Positions 16,413 through 25,788 are shown, numbered from the stretch's first letter. The stretch is DNA of 46,985 nucleotides from an uncultured Candidatus Saccharibacteria bacterium (GCA_964364225.1 CAYIKP010000005.1:1-46985), one strand, 5' to 3'. The notes: generated by a model from the letters alone, not told the origin. Numbers and translations are program-made.

Positions 16413-19400
16413 TTACAACGCTTTTATTTTTTCTGCGATGAGAGATTTTTCGCCATTTCGTTCTGTGATTTTACCGAGCACAATGATACAAGTATCTGGC
16501 GTTAAAAATTGTTTGTATTCAATGAATGTTCTAGGGAAAACAACCATTTCAATTTCTCCACTCAAATCTGCAATTTTTGTAAACGCCATCATTTCACCTT
16601 TTTTCGTACTTATTTCTCTTACTCTTTCTATAATGCAGCCGATTGTTATTTGAGTATTTGCTCTTACATCAAAAGCTTTTTTAATATTCATATCACGTTT
16701 TTCTAATTTCTCTTTGTATTTATCAAGCGGATGTCCAGAAATATAAAGTCCCAATAATTCTTTTTCCCAAGCAAGTTTTTCGTCCATTGTAGCTTCAATG
16801 CTTTCAGCCATTTTTACTGTATTTTGTCCTTCCATTCCACCAAAAAGCGAATCGTGAGTATCTCCAACACTTACTTTTTCCTTATGAAAATTTAATAATG
16901 TTTCGAGGTTTGCAAACAGTTGACCTCTTTCACCAAAATCATCTAACGCCCCCGCTTTTATAAGAGACTCAAGAGATTTCTTATTCAAATTTTTATCGGT
17001 GATACGAGACAAGAAATCTGAAAGAGAAGTAAATTTTCCAGCACGTTTTCTTTCGTGCACTATGGCTTTTGCAATACCTTCGCCGAAGTTTTTTATTGTT
17101 GTTAAGCCAAACCTAATCTCATCAGCATTTTTACCTTCGGGGTCTCTTACCACAGTAAATCCAGCAAACGATTCGTTTACTGATGGGGGTAAAACTGGAA
17201 TTTTCATTTTTTTACACTCCTCAATATATTTAGCAATTGTTTCTGTATCGCCAGATTCTGCAGTGAGAATGGCTGACATATAAATAGCAGGGAAGTTAGC
17301 TTTGAAATAGGCAGTTTGATAGGCGAGGCGTCCGTAGGAAGCAGAGTGTGCCTTGTTAAAGCCGTATGCAGCAAAAGGTTCTATCCACGTCCAAAGTTCC
17401 TGTGCTTTTTTGAGTGACCACTTGCTGTGCGTTACACACCCCTCAATAAATTTTTCTTTTTGTGCTGCCATTTCTGCAGGAATTTTTTTACCAACAGCCT
17501 TGCGGAATTTATCTAGTTCACCCCATGTATATCCAGCAATGTCTTTTGCAATCATCAAAAGGTCGTCTTGATAAACCAAAATTCCATAAGTTCTTTCCAA
17601 AATATGTTCAAGGGAAGGATCAAGATAAGAAATTAATTTTTTATTGTGTTTTCTTTTTATGAAATCAGGAATGAATTGCATAGGCCCTGGGCGGTAGAGC
17701 GCCACCATAGCGTTTATGTCGTGAATGGTTGTGGGCTTTAAATCAATAAGAAATCTTGTCATTCCGGAGCCGTTTAATTGGAATGTTCCTTCTGTTTCTC
17801 CCACAGCAAGCATTCTGAAAGTTTTTTTATCATCTAATGGAACTAATTCTGGGTCTATAATTTTTCCTTCAATTGCACGAATTCTATCTACTGTATCAGC
17901 AAGAATTGAGAGGTTACGAAGTCCAAGAAAATCAAACTTTAGAAGTCCAGCTTCTTCAATCGAGTACATGTCATATTGAGTAATAAGTTTCTCATCTCCC
18001 TTAGTATCAAATTGAAGGGGTGTGTAATCAGTGATTGGAGTGGGGGACATCACAACCCCCGCAGCGTGCACAGAAATGTGGCGAGCATTTCCTTCTATCT
18101 TTTTAGACATATCTATAATGCGTTTTACATCACGGTCATTTTCATATTTTTCTTTGAGTTCCGGCACCATTCCAAACGCATGCTCGAGCGTCATTGGAAA
18201 GCCCTGTGAGCCCATTGGAATTAATTTTGAAATTTCATCACCCTTTCCGTATTCATAGCCGAGTGCACGCGAAACATCTCGCACTACACCGCGCGCCATC
18301 ATTGTTCCGAAAGTACCAATTTGCGCCACCTTATCAGCGCCATATTTTTTTCGAGCATATTCAATAACTTCATCCCTTCTGTTATCAGCGAAGTCCATAT
18401 CAATGTCGGGAGGAAGGGGACGGTCTGGGTTTAGAAATCTTTCGAATGGAAGCGCATATTCAATCGGGTTTATATTTGTAATTTGCGCAAGGTAAGTACA
18501 CATAGAACCTGCAACAGAACCTCTAATGTTAGTCAAAATTCCATTTTCATGAGCAAAACGGAGTAAATCTCCCACAACCAAGAAATAAGGAGAAAATCCT
18601 TTTGTTTTTATAATTCCCAACTCATATTCAATTCTGGTTTTTATTTCTTCGGTTAATTCTATATTCCTAATGGGAAGTCCGTCGTAAACCATTTTTCTAA
18701 ACTCTGCATCAAAAGTAGAATTTTTTGGTATTTCAATATGCGGAAATACCCACTTTCCAAGCTCCAATTCAAGAGAGCATCTTTCAGTGATCTTTGAGTT
18801 ATTGATGAGTGCCTCGGGGAAATCACTAAATTTTTTTTCAAAATCTTCTGAAGATAAAAAGGAGAAGTTTTCTTCCTCATCAGTCACACTCTCATCGAAT
18901 CTGTCGTTTGATTGTTGCACCATAAGTACAGTGTCCCTTGCAGGTTTGTCTTCGGGATCTAAATAATAGATATCATGTGAAGCCACAATTGGCACATCAA
19001 ATTTCTTTGCAAAATCTCTGACTATGGCCATATGGGCATTGTGCCCAGACAATTCTTCATGAATTGTAATTTCTATAAACACATTCTTTGGACCAAAAGT
19101 ATCTAAATAAAATTTAATTATATTTTCTGCTTTTTCTAAATCGCTTCTTCTTAATGCTTTTCCTATTTCTCCACCAAGAGCAGGAATAATTGCAATAAGA
19201 CCATCGTGATAGTTTTCCAGTAGCTCGTTATCAATTCTAGGTTTGTAGTAGAAACCTTCCAGATGGCTTTTGGTTACAAGTTGAATTAAATTTTTATACC
19301 CAATTGAGTTTTCTACAAGAAGAACAAGGCGATCACGAGTATGATCAACACCCGCTTGCTTGTCGTTTCTCGTGCGCACTGCTTTATAAAAATCAACTCC

Positions 19401-19592
19401 GATAATTGGTTTAATTCCTTTTTCTTTACATTCTTTATAAAACTCAATTGCGCCATATAAATTTCCTGAATCAGTTAAAGCAAGGGCGGGCATATCATTT
19501 TTTTTAGCCCTTGCAACCAAGTCGGGGATTTTTGGTAGCGCTTGTAGTAGCGAATAGTGACTATGTGTATGTAGATGTGAAAACTTAGACAT
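16413..19592 (-). CDS. dnaE: DNA polymerase III alpha subunit
   Basis: PHP HLHTHSHYSLL, FERFLNPDR..PPDIDMDF, YGFNKAHSASY, OB fold; start ATG 19592 is 6 nt after TATAAT. Confidence 0.96.
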   Translation of the reverse strand: MSKFSHLHTHSHYSLLQALPKIPDLVARAKKNDMPALALTDSGNLYGAIEFYKECKEKGIKPIIGVDFYKAVRTRNDKQAGVDHTRDRLVLLVENSIGYKNLIQLVTKSHLEGFYYKPRIDNELLENYHDGLIAIIPALGGEIGKALRRSDLEKAENIIKFYLDTFGPKNVFIEITIHEELSGHNAHMAIVRDFAKKFDVPIVASHDIYYLDPEDKPARDTVLMVQQSNDRFDESVTDEEENFSFLSSEDFEKKFSDFPEALINNSKITERCSLELELGKWVFPHIEIPKNSTFDAEFRKMVYDGLPIRNIELTEEIKTRIEYELGIIKTKGFSPYFLVVGDLLRFAHENGILTNIRGSVAGSMCTYLAQITNINPIEYALPFERFLNPDRPLPPDIDMDFADNRRDEVIEYARKKYGADKVAQIGTFGTMMARGVVRDVSRALGYEYGKGDEISKLIPMGSQGFPMTLEHAFGMVPELKEKYENDRDVKRIIDMSKKIEGNARHISVHAAGVVMSPTPITDYTPLQFDTKGDEKLITQYDMYSIEEAGLLKFDFLGLRNLSILADTVDRIRAIEGKIIDPELVPLDDKKTFRMLAVGETEGTFQLNGSGMTRFLIDLKPTTIHDINAMVALYRPGPMQFIPDFIKRKHNKKLISYLDPSLEHILERTYGILVYQDDLLMIAKDIAGYTWGELDKFRKAVGKKIPAEMAAQKEKFIEGCVTHSKWSLKKAQELWTWIEPFAAYGFNKAHSASYGRLAYQTAYFKANFPAIYMSAILTAESGDTETIAKYIEECKKMKIPVLPPSVNESFAGFTVVRDPEGKNADEIRFGLTTIKNFGEGIAKAIVHERKRAGKFTSLSDFLSRITDKNLNKKSLESLIKAGALDDFGERGQLFANLETLLNFHKEKVSVGDTHDSLFGGMEGQNTVKMAESIEATMDEKLAWEKELLGLYISGHPLDKYKEKLEKRDMNIKKAFDVRANTQITIGCIIERVREISTKKGEMMAFTKIADLSGEIEMVVFPRTFIEYKQFLTPDTCIIVLGKITERNGEKSLIAEKIKAL

Positions 19593-19686
19593 AGCTGAAT
19601 TATACTCAAACATCTGCAATCCACAGGTTTGACACTGGTAAATTTAAATGCTTAAGTTGCGGTAGAAACCTTTACTGGGGGAGCAA

Positions 19687-19890
19687 ATGGCCGTCAAACC
19701 CGAAAGAATTTCTGTGTCCTACTTCAGAGCGAACTTGCCTATGATTCTGACTCGGGTAAGTTTTCTGAATGAGTCGTTTATCATCATGAAGCACGGAAAG
19801 CCGTATGCGGTTGTTAGGCCATCAAATGGTGGGGGTGGTTCTAAGACATCAGATGTTCCAACCGAGGCCCCAGTTAAAAGCGCCGTCTAA
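19687..19890 (+). CDS. Phd/YefM-like antitoxin / DNA-binding protein (solo)
   Basis: ISVSYFRANLPMILTRV...FIIMKHGKPYAVV fits the Phd pattern; TTGACA promoter, GGGGGAG SD. Confidence 0.75.
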   Translation: MAVKPERISVSYFRANLPMILTRVSFLNESFIIMKHGKPYAVVRPSNGGGGSKTSDVPTEAPVKSAV

Positions 19891-19902
19891 CGACGGCGCT
19901 TT
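19877..19902 (+). terminator. Terminator overlapping the Phd-like stop codon
   Basis: aaagcgccgtc-taac-gacggcgcttt. Confidence 0.75.
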
Positions 19903-19923
19903 AGTTTTATGTAAAATACAAAG

Positions 19924-20520
19924 GTGAAAAAATCTGCTAAATATGTTGTTGGAATTGATGAGGCTGGCAGGGGACCACTTGCGGGGCCGGTTGCGGTTGG
20001 TACTGTAAAAATTGAAAAGGGTTTTAATAAAAAGTTTTTTGGAGGAATTAAAGACTCTAAAAAACTAACTGAAAATGAACGAAACAAGTGGTTTGAATTG
20101 GCTAAAAGTGCCCAAAAAAGAGGGAGGCTCCATTTTTCTGTTTCTTTAGTTTCAAACATTGTCATTGATAAACATGGAATAAGTAAGGCCATAAAAATTG
20201 GTATAAAGAAAAATTTATTGAAACTTTATGTTTCCCCAAAAGACTCTTACATTTTATTAGATGGTTTGTTGAAGGCGCCAATTGAATACAAAAATCAATT
20301 AACAATAATTAAAGGAGACGAGAAGGTGCCAGTTATTTCATTAGCTTCAATTGTTGCGAAAGTTACTCGCGATAGGTATATGGCAAATTTAGCTAAAAAA
20401 TATCCTCAATATGGCTTTGAACAACACAAGGGTTACGGAACAGAAATGCATAGAAAGGCTATAAAAAAACACGGAGCGACCCCGACGCATCGAAGAACTT
20501 TTCTAAAAAATATAATTTGA
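19924..20520 (+). CDS. rnhB: Ribonuclease HII
   Basis: GIDEAGRGPLAGPV, DSKKL, LDG, KGDEK..ISLASIVAKVTRD, HKGYGT. Confidence 0.96.
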   Translation: MKKSAKYVVGIDEAGRGPLAGPVAVGTVKIEKGFNKKFFGGIKDSKKLTENERNKWFELAKSAQKRGRLHFSVSLVSNIVIDKHGISKAIKIGIKKNLLKLYVSPKDSYILLDGLLKAPIEYKNQLTIIKGDEKVPVISLASIVAKVTRDRYMANLAKKYPQYGFEQHKGYGTEMHRKAIKKHGATPTHRRTFLKNII

Positions 20521-20619
20521 ATTATTGGGCGATATTGACAAAAACAGTAAATAGTGTATTATTATTAGCAGAAAGTTTGGAAACTCCAGACTCAAGTCTT
20601 CAGAGGATAGGGGCTAAAG

Positions 20620-21087
20620 ATGGCCAAAAGTCATTATGCTGGGCTCTTCATTTATCAAGAAGGTGAAGAGGGGTTCGAGTATCTTGTCGTTGAGTATGAC
20701 TCGGGGGATGGAAAACAAATAAAGGTCCCCGGCGGAACAAACAACGATCATCCTGGAGAACCTCTTTTCGGGAAAGATGGGACACTTTGTCGTGAGGGTA
20801 AGGTAGAGACGGGACTTATTGTTCCGTCCGATCTTACCGACTCTGACATTGTTTTTGTCGACCCCAAAAGGGATCACGATAAAATTTTTGTCGCAGTACC
20901 ATTTGAGCGGTGTTTGGGAAAACTTCGCACCACCGAATTGAATGACGAAGGAGATCTTCTGTCGCCACCATTCTGGCGTACGGCAAGGGAGCTTCTGGTG
21001 CGTGTCGAAGACGGCGGTCTGTTTTGGACACATCGCGAAGCTTTGAAGGCCACAGAAGAGCGTCTTACCAAAAAGGCACATGCGTAA
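20620..21087 (+). CDS. Divergent NUDIX-fold hydrolase
   Basis: KVPGG...TLCREGKVETGL resembles a Nudix box with an insertion; own TTGACA-16-TATTAT promoter and terminator. Confidence 0.6.
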   Translation: MAKSHYAGLFIYQEGEEGFEYLVVEYDSGDGKQIKVPGGTNNDHPGEPLFGKDGTLCREGKVETGLIVPSDLTDSDIVFVDPKRDHDKIFVAVPFERCLGKLRTTELNDEGDLLSPPFWRTARELLVRVEDGGLFWTHREALKATEERLTKKAHA

Positions 21088-21092
21088 GCCCC

Positions 21093-21128
21093 AAGGGCGT
21101 TCGTGACGATATGTCACGAACGCCCTTT
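21093..21128 (+). terminator. Intrinsic terminator
   Basis: aagggcgttcgtgac-gatat-gtcacgaacgcccttt. Confidence 0.8.
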
Positions 21129-21162
21129 ACTTTTATCTCAATTTTTGTACTATTACTCCACT

Positions 21163-21387
21163 ATGGTTGTAAGAATGAGGCATAACAGGGGTCAAACCGG
21201 CTCCCGTCGTAGCCACCACAAACTAGAAAAGCCAAGACTGGGTAAAGACCAAGATGGTGTTATTCATATGCGACACAGAATGAATCCAACTACTGGAAAG
21301 TATAAAGGGCGTGTTATTATTGATATAGCAGGAAAAAAGGCAGCCAAAATGGCTCGCCAAAAAGCAAAAGCAACAGAAAATAAATAA
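21163..21387 (+). CDS. rpmF: 50S ribosomal protein L32 (Cys-free)
   Basis: MVVRMRHNRGQTGSRRSHH...HMRHRMNPTTGKYKGRVI; TACTAT 9 nt before ATG 21163. Confidence 0.88.
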   Translation: MVVRMRHNRGQTGSRRSHHKLEKPRLGKDQDGVIHMRHRMNPTTGKYKGRVIIDIAGKKAAKMARQKAKATENK

Positions 21388-21539
21388 TGGTTCGACAAGC
21401 TCACCACATAGCATGTAAGCATAAATAAAATGGACGACACAAAAAAATAAAATAGATAGTGCGTGTGCGCCCCCCACTAGCAAGTTAGTGGGGGGAGGGC
21501 AACCCTAAAAACTTTTAAAAAAGTTTAAGGGCAAGGTTA

Positions 21540-21551
21540 GTTCTTTAAACA
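21540..21551 (+). promoter_or_regulatory. boxA-like sequence abutting the nusB start codon
   Basis: GTTCTTTAAACA versus boxA consensus GYTCTTTAANA. Confidence 0.55.
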
Positions 21552-22469
21552 ATGGCAAACAGACACCTCTCGAGATCAATAGTCCTACAATCACTCTTTG
21601 AATGGGATTTTTTTGATACTAAAACAGCAAAAATTAAAGAAGTGGTTGAAAGAAATGCTGTGGAATTTGCTCCCGGTATGAAGGATCTTTCCTTTGCAGA
21701 ATTTTTAGCGACAGAGGTTGTAAAAAAGAAGACCGATTTAGATACAATAATAGAAAAGGCGGCCCCCGATTGGCCAATAGATAAAATAAACGGAGTAGAC
21801 AGGAATGTTTTGCGTATTGGGTTGTGTGAGCTCTTGTTTTCAGACAGAGAAGAAGTGCCACCAAAAGTTGCAATAAATGAAGCAATAGAATTGGCAAAAA
21901 CATTTGGAGGAGAGACCTCTGGCAAGTTTGTAAATGGTGTACTGGGCGCAGTTTATAAAGAGCTAGGAGAACCGGGAAAAGATCAGCAATCTACAAAAGG
22001 TATAAAAGGAAAGAAAAATAGTTTGGATGATGAGCACATACCACTTGAAGAGTTGGGTGGAGCTGTTGTGTACGCCATAGATGGAGAAAAAATATATGTT
22101 GCTCTTGTTCATGATGTTTTTGGACACTGGACCCTTTCAAAAGGAAAATTAAATGTTGGAGAGGATGTTAAAGAAGGGACAAAAAGAGAGATAAAAGAGG
22201 AGATAAATTTAGATATTGAGATAGAGGACGATTTAGGAAAAAATGAATATATTGCTTATCATCCAGAAAAAGGAAAGCTTAGAAAAAGAGTTCATTATTT
22301 TCTAGCAAAGGCTAATTTTGAACCCCTAAAACTTGAATCAAGTGGAGGATTGGACGATGCAAGATGGTTTACGGTAGTCGACATTGTCGATCTTAATTTT
22401 TATGATGATGTATTACCACTTATGACTAAGGCAGTGACCATTCTTGCAGAAAGACATAATAAAAAGTAG
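21552..22469 (+). CDS. nusB: NusB fused to a C-terminal NUDIX hydrolase domain
   Basis: RHLSRSIVLQSLFEWDF, DRNVLRIG, VAINEAIELAKTFG..KFVNGVLG; then WTLSKGKL...GTKREIKEEINL. Confidence 0.9.
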   Translation: MANRHLSRSIVLQSLFEWDFFDTKTAKIKEVVERNAVEFAPGMKDLSFAEFLATEVVKKKTDLDTIIEKAAPDWPIDKINGVDRNVLRIGLCELLFSDREEVPPKVAINEAIELAKTFGGETSGKFVNGVLGAVYKELGEPGKDQQSTKGIKGKKNSLDDEHIPLEELGGAVVYAIDGEKIYVALVHDVFGHWTLSKGKLNVGEDVKEGTKREIKEEINLDIEIEDDLGKNEYIAYHPEKGKLRKRVHYFLAKANFEPLKLESSGGLDDARWFTVVDIVDLNFYDDVLPLMTKAVTILAERHNKK

Positions 22470-22482
22470 TATTTTGCCCAAC

Positions 22483-23178
22483 ATGGCGGACATAAATTAC
22501 AGTCAGTTAGAAAATAGCATTGGGATAACGTTTAAAGATATTAATCTTTTAAAACAGGCCCTAACCCATCGCTCGTATCTAAATGAAAACAAAGACATTT
22601 CTTGGGGCCACAACGAGAGGTTAGAATTTTTAGGAGACGCTGTTTTGGAACTCATTATCACCGACTACCTTTTTAAAACTTATCCTGATTATGATGAGGG
22701 TAAAATGACGACGCTTCGCGCAGCACTAGTTAGGGCAGATACTCTGTCAGATATTGCGATTGACATGCAATTAGGAGATTACCTTTTGCTTTCTAGAGGC
22801 GAAGCGAAAGATTTGGGTAGAGCTAGGCAGTATATTTTGGCAAATACAACAGAATCTGTTTTGGGAGCGATTTATTTAGACCAAGGATATGAATCTGCAG
22901 AAAAGACAGTTCACAAATATTTAGTGCCCAAAATTGAAATAATAATGCGTGAAGGTTTGGCGGTAGATCCTAAAAGTAAATTTCAGACTCTCGCACAAGA
23001 GCATTTTGGTATTACTCCATCATATAGAACCATGAAAGAATCAGGACCAGACCACGATAAACATTTTACTGTGGGTGTTTATTTGAAAGACGAACTTATT
23101 GCTAGCGGAGAGGGGGATTCAAAACAAATCGCAGAACAGAATGCAGCGAAGTCGGCTCTTATAGAAAAGGGTTTTTAA
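22483..23178 (+). CDS. rnc: Ribonuclease III
   Basis: ALTHRSY, NERLEFLGDAVL, dsRBD (GPDHDKHF...GEGDSKQIAEQNAA). Confidence 0.96.
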   Translation: MADINYSQLENSIGITFKDINLLKQALTHRSYLNENKDISWGHNERLEFLGDAVLELIITDYLFKTYPDYDEGKMTTLRAALVRADTLSDIAIDMQLGDYLLLSRGEAKDLGRARQYILANTTESVLGAIYLDQGYESAEKTVHKYLVPKIEIIMREGLAVDPKSKFQTLAQEHFGITPSYRTMKESGPDHDKHFTVGVYLKDELIASGEGDSKQIAEQNAAKSALIEKGF

Positions 23179-23182
23179 AAAG

Positions 23183-23334
23183 CGCTCGCTAATAGTTTCG
23201 GCGAACGTGCATAAAACCCCCAGCGGGGGTTTTTGCTATGCTCATCTCGCCAGAGTCAAAAGCTTCGCAGATTGACTCACCATGCTGGCTCGATTCCGCA
23301 ATGTTCGGCGAAACCATTAGCTCGCTTTTAAGTT
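23183..23334. repeat. Post-stop rod hairpin of the CGCTC...CTCGCT family (after rnc)
   Basis: cgctc + gctaatagtttcggcgaacgtgc / gcaatgttcggcgaaaccattagc + tcgcttttaagtt. Confidence 0.7.
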
Positions 23335-23399
23335 TAATTTTGGGAGACTGGTAGTCCGCCCTAAAGCCACAAAGGCGACATGTTATAATTTTTGAAATT

Positions 23400-23539
23400 A
23401 TGTATCCTGTAGTAGAAAATGGCATCCGAGCAATTGTGGGATAATAAACAATATGATTGGTCGAAAGTTAATAAAACTAACAATAAATATTGGTAATTTG
23501 CTCGAGTAGAGCAATGCCATTTTTCACTATCGGGATGTA
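23400..23539 (+). mobile_element. Start-codon-inserted hairpin element E2 (135 nt, ATGTA direct repeats)
   Basis: ATGTA-TCCTGTAGTAGAAAATGGCATCCGAGC ... GCTCGAGTAGAGCAATGCCATTTTTCACTATCGGG-ATGTA; homologous to 43130-43271 on the minus strand. Confidence 0.8.
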
Positions 23540-25763
23540 TTTAAAGTCTATAGAAATAGCCGGTTTTAAATCTTTTGCAAAAAAGTCAGAATTTGAATTT
23601 AATTCTCCAATTTCAGCAATTGTTGGGCCAAATGGTTCTGGAAAATCTAATGTTGCGGAGGCATTTAGGTTTGTTTTGGGAGAACAGTCTATGAAATCTA
23701 TGAGGGGGAAACGGGGAGAGGATCTTATTTTCAACGGATCAGGCGATACGCCAAAAGCCAATCGTGCTTCCGTGAAGCTAGCTTTTGATAATTCTAGAAA
23801 GGTTTTTCCTACGATTGATTTTGGTGAGGTTATTTTGGAAAGAGTGGTTTTTCGAGACGGCACAAATGAATATAGTGTAAACGGTAGCAAGGTTCGTTTG
23901 AGAGACATTTTTGAACTTCTATCCACTGCGCATATTGGGGCATCGGGGCACCACATTATTTCTCAAGGTGAAGCGGATAGAATACTTTCTTCCAATTCAA
24001 AAGAAAGAAAAGACATGATTGAGGATGCGCTAGGTCTTAAGGCTTATCAATATAAAAAAGAGGAGTCTGAAAGAAAATTGGAAAAAACGCGTGAAAATAT
24101 GAGAGAGGTAGAGAGTTTAAGGCGAGAAATTGCTCCTCATCTAAAATTCTTGATAAAGCAAATGGAAAAAGTGGCCCGTGTTGAAGAAATACGAAGCTCT
24201 CTTTCCCAAGTAGCTTCAACTTTTTTTGCATCGGAAGAAGCATTTATAAAAAAAGAAAAAATACGTTTGGAAGGTGAACTAAAGCCATTGAAAATTGAAT
24301 TTGATCAAATTGAAAAAGGGCTTAAAGAAGCTCGTCAAAAACTTTCTGAAAAATCGAAAGCTCATGAACTCACAGATAAATTACACGAGATAGAAAAAGA
24401 GCGAGAAAAAATAAGAGAAGAGGTAAATGACATGGTGCGAGAAATAGGGAGATTGGAGGGCGAACTTTCGGCCATGAAAAGAATTTCTCAGGTAAAAACG
24501 GGGGAGGCGATTCCTGTTTCAAAAGCCGGACAATTTTTAGAAAAACTCCACCAACTTATTTTTGAGCTTAAGAATTTTGCTCAAACAGGCAATATAGAGG
24601 GCATTTCTTCTAAAGCACAAGAAATTGAAGATGAAATAAATAGGTTTAAAGAAGAATATAAAACAGAAGAAAAAAAAGATGAGATTGACCTTAAAGATCT
24701 TTTATCAAAAAAAGAAAATTTAGGAGACAAGTTTTTAAAACTCAAACATTCCGAAGAAAATGTTTCTAAATCCTACAATGATGTTTTGAAAGCTATAGAT
24801 ATAGAAAAAGACAGCGATAGGGTTGCTGAAAGAGAAACTTATGAGCTTCTATCTAAAAAGAAAGATATACAGGCGAAAATTTTCCAAATTTCTAGTTCAG
24901 AAAGAATGCTCTCAGTAAGAGAAGATGAAATGAGGACAAACATGAGAGAAGTGGGAGCACTTGTTGGAGTAGCTTTACTGGAGGAGCTTTCTAAGAAAAA
25001 CGAGACCCAGTTAACAGCTGAGGGAATAGAAGGTGGTAAAAAAGAAATAGAGAGGATGAAGATTCGTCTAGAAGAATCTGGTGCGGGCGGTGTGGAGGAT
25101 ATACAAAAAGAATTCCGAGATGTTTCAGAGAGAGATACTTTTCTTGAAAAAGAATTGCTGGATTTAAATACTTCCGCTCTATCATTAGAAAATTTGATTA
25201 AAGATCTTTCAGAAAAACTAGAAACTGATTTTGAAATTGGTTTGAAAAAAATAAATACAGCTTTTGAAGAATTTTTTGGAATTTTGTTTGGGGGCGGAAG
25301 GGCATCTTTGCAATTAAAAACAATTAAAAAAAGAGTAACTAAGCTCGTAGACACCGAAGGTGTCGAAGATCCCGACGAGCAGGACGAAGAGGAAGACGAA
25401 CAGGAAGAGTCAGGCATTGATGTTGTAGTTTCATTACCACGCAAGAAAATTTCTGGATTAATGATGCTTAGTGGAGGAGAAAGAGCACTAACTTCAATTG
25501 CTTTAATTTTTGCAATGTCTCAAGTAAATCCTCCGCCATTTATTATTCTAGATGAAACAGATGCAGCCCTAGACGAAGCAAACTCTAAGAGATATGGAGA
25601 TATTGTGGAAAATTTAGCTCAAAAATCTCAACTCATTGTGATTACTCACAACAGAGAGACGATGTCTCGTGCAGGAGTTATTTATGGAGTAACAATGGGG
25701 GGATCAGGGGTTTCAAAAGTGCTTTCAATAGCATTTGCAGACGCAGAAGTAATAGCTAAATAA
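23535..25763 (+). CDS. smc: SMC-family ATPase, shortened (742 aa)
   Basis: MYLKSIEIAGFKSF, GPNGSGKSN, IISQG, LSGGERALT, ILDETDAALD, ITHN; rnc-smc synteny. Confidence 0.88.
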   Translation: MYLKSIEIAGFKSFAKKSEFEFNSPISAIVGPNGSGKSNVAEAFRFVLGEQSMKSMRGKRGEDLIFNGSGDTPKANRASVKLAFDNSRKVFPTIDFGEVILERVVFRDGTNEYSVNGSKVRLRDIFELLSTAHIGASGHHIISQGEADRILSSNSKERKDMIEDALGLKAYQYKKEESERKLEKTRENMREVESLRREIAPHLKFLIKQMEKVARVEEIRSSLSQVASTFFASEEAFIKKEKIRLEGELKPLKIEFDQIEKGLKEARQKLSEKSKAHELTDKLHEIEKEREKIREEVNDMVREIGRLEGELSAMKRISQVKTGEAIPVSKAGQFLEKLHQLIFELKNFAQTGNIEGISSKAQEIEDEINRFKEEYKTEEKKDEIDLKDLLSKKENLGDKFLKLKHSEENVSKSYNDVLKAIDIEKDSDRVAERETYELLSKKKDIQAKIFQISSSERMLSVREDEMRTNMREVGALVGVALLEELSKKNETQLTAEGIEGGKKEIERMKIRLEESGAGGVEDIQKEFRDVSERDTFLEKELLDLNTSALSLENLIKDLSEKLETDFEIGLKKINTAFEEFFGILFGGGRASLQLKTIKKRVTKLVDTEGVEDPDEQDEEEDEQEESGIDVVVSLPRKKISGLMMLSGGERALTSIALIFAMSQVNPPPFIILDETDAALDEANSKRYGDIVENLAQKSQLIVITHNRETMSRAGVIYGVTMGGSGVSKVLSIAFADAEVIAK

Positions 25764-25788
25764 AAGTCGCTCAAGTTAAAAAAACAAA

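Noticed and set aside
20518-20520. Alternative genetic code (UGA=Gly, as in some CPR lineages)
   Set aside because: Long core genes are intact under the standard code, and rnhB ends at TGA at its expected length.
23189-23425. 78-aa minus-strand ORF between rnc and smc
   Set aside because: Made up of the rod hairpin, the smc promoter and E2; no coding features.
23490-23534. Near-identical N-terminal peptides MVICSSRAMPFFTIG (smc) and MVTCSNRAIPFFTIG (dsbA), and the 21-aa extension of GT2
   Set aside because: ORF-calling artefacts from reading through the 3' arm of the inserted elements; homology to the protein families starts at the second ATG.
24839-25444. Long antisense ORFs inside core genes (e.g. 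1390-1806, 5408-5893, 13369-13848, 24839-25444, 36882-37379)
   Set aside because: Shadow frames of well-identified genes, with Ser/Phe-rich antisense composition.
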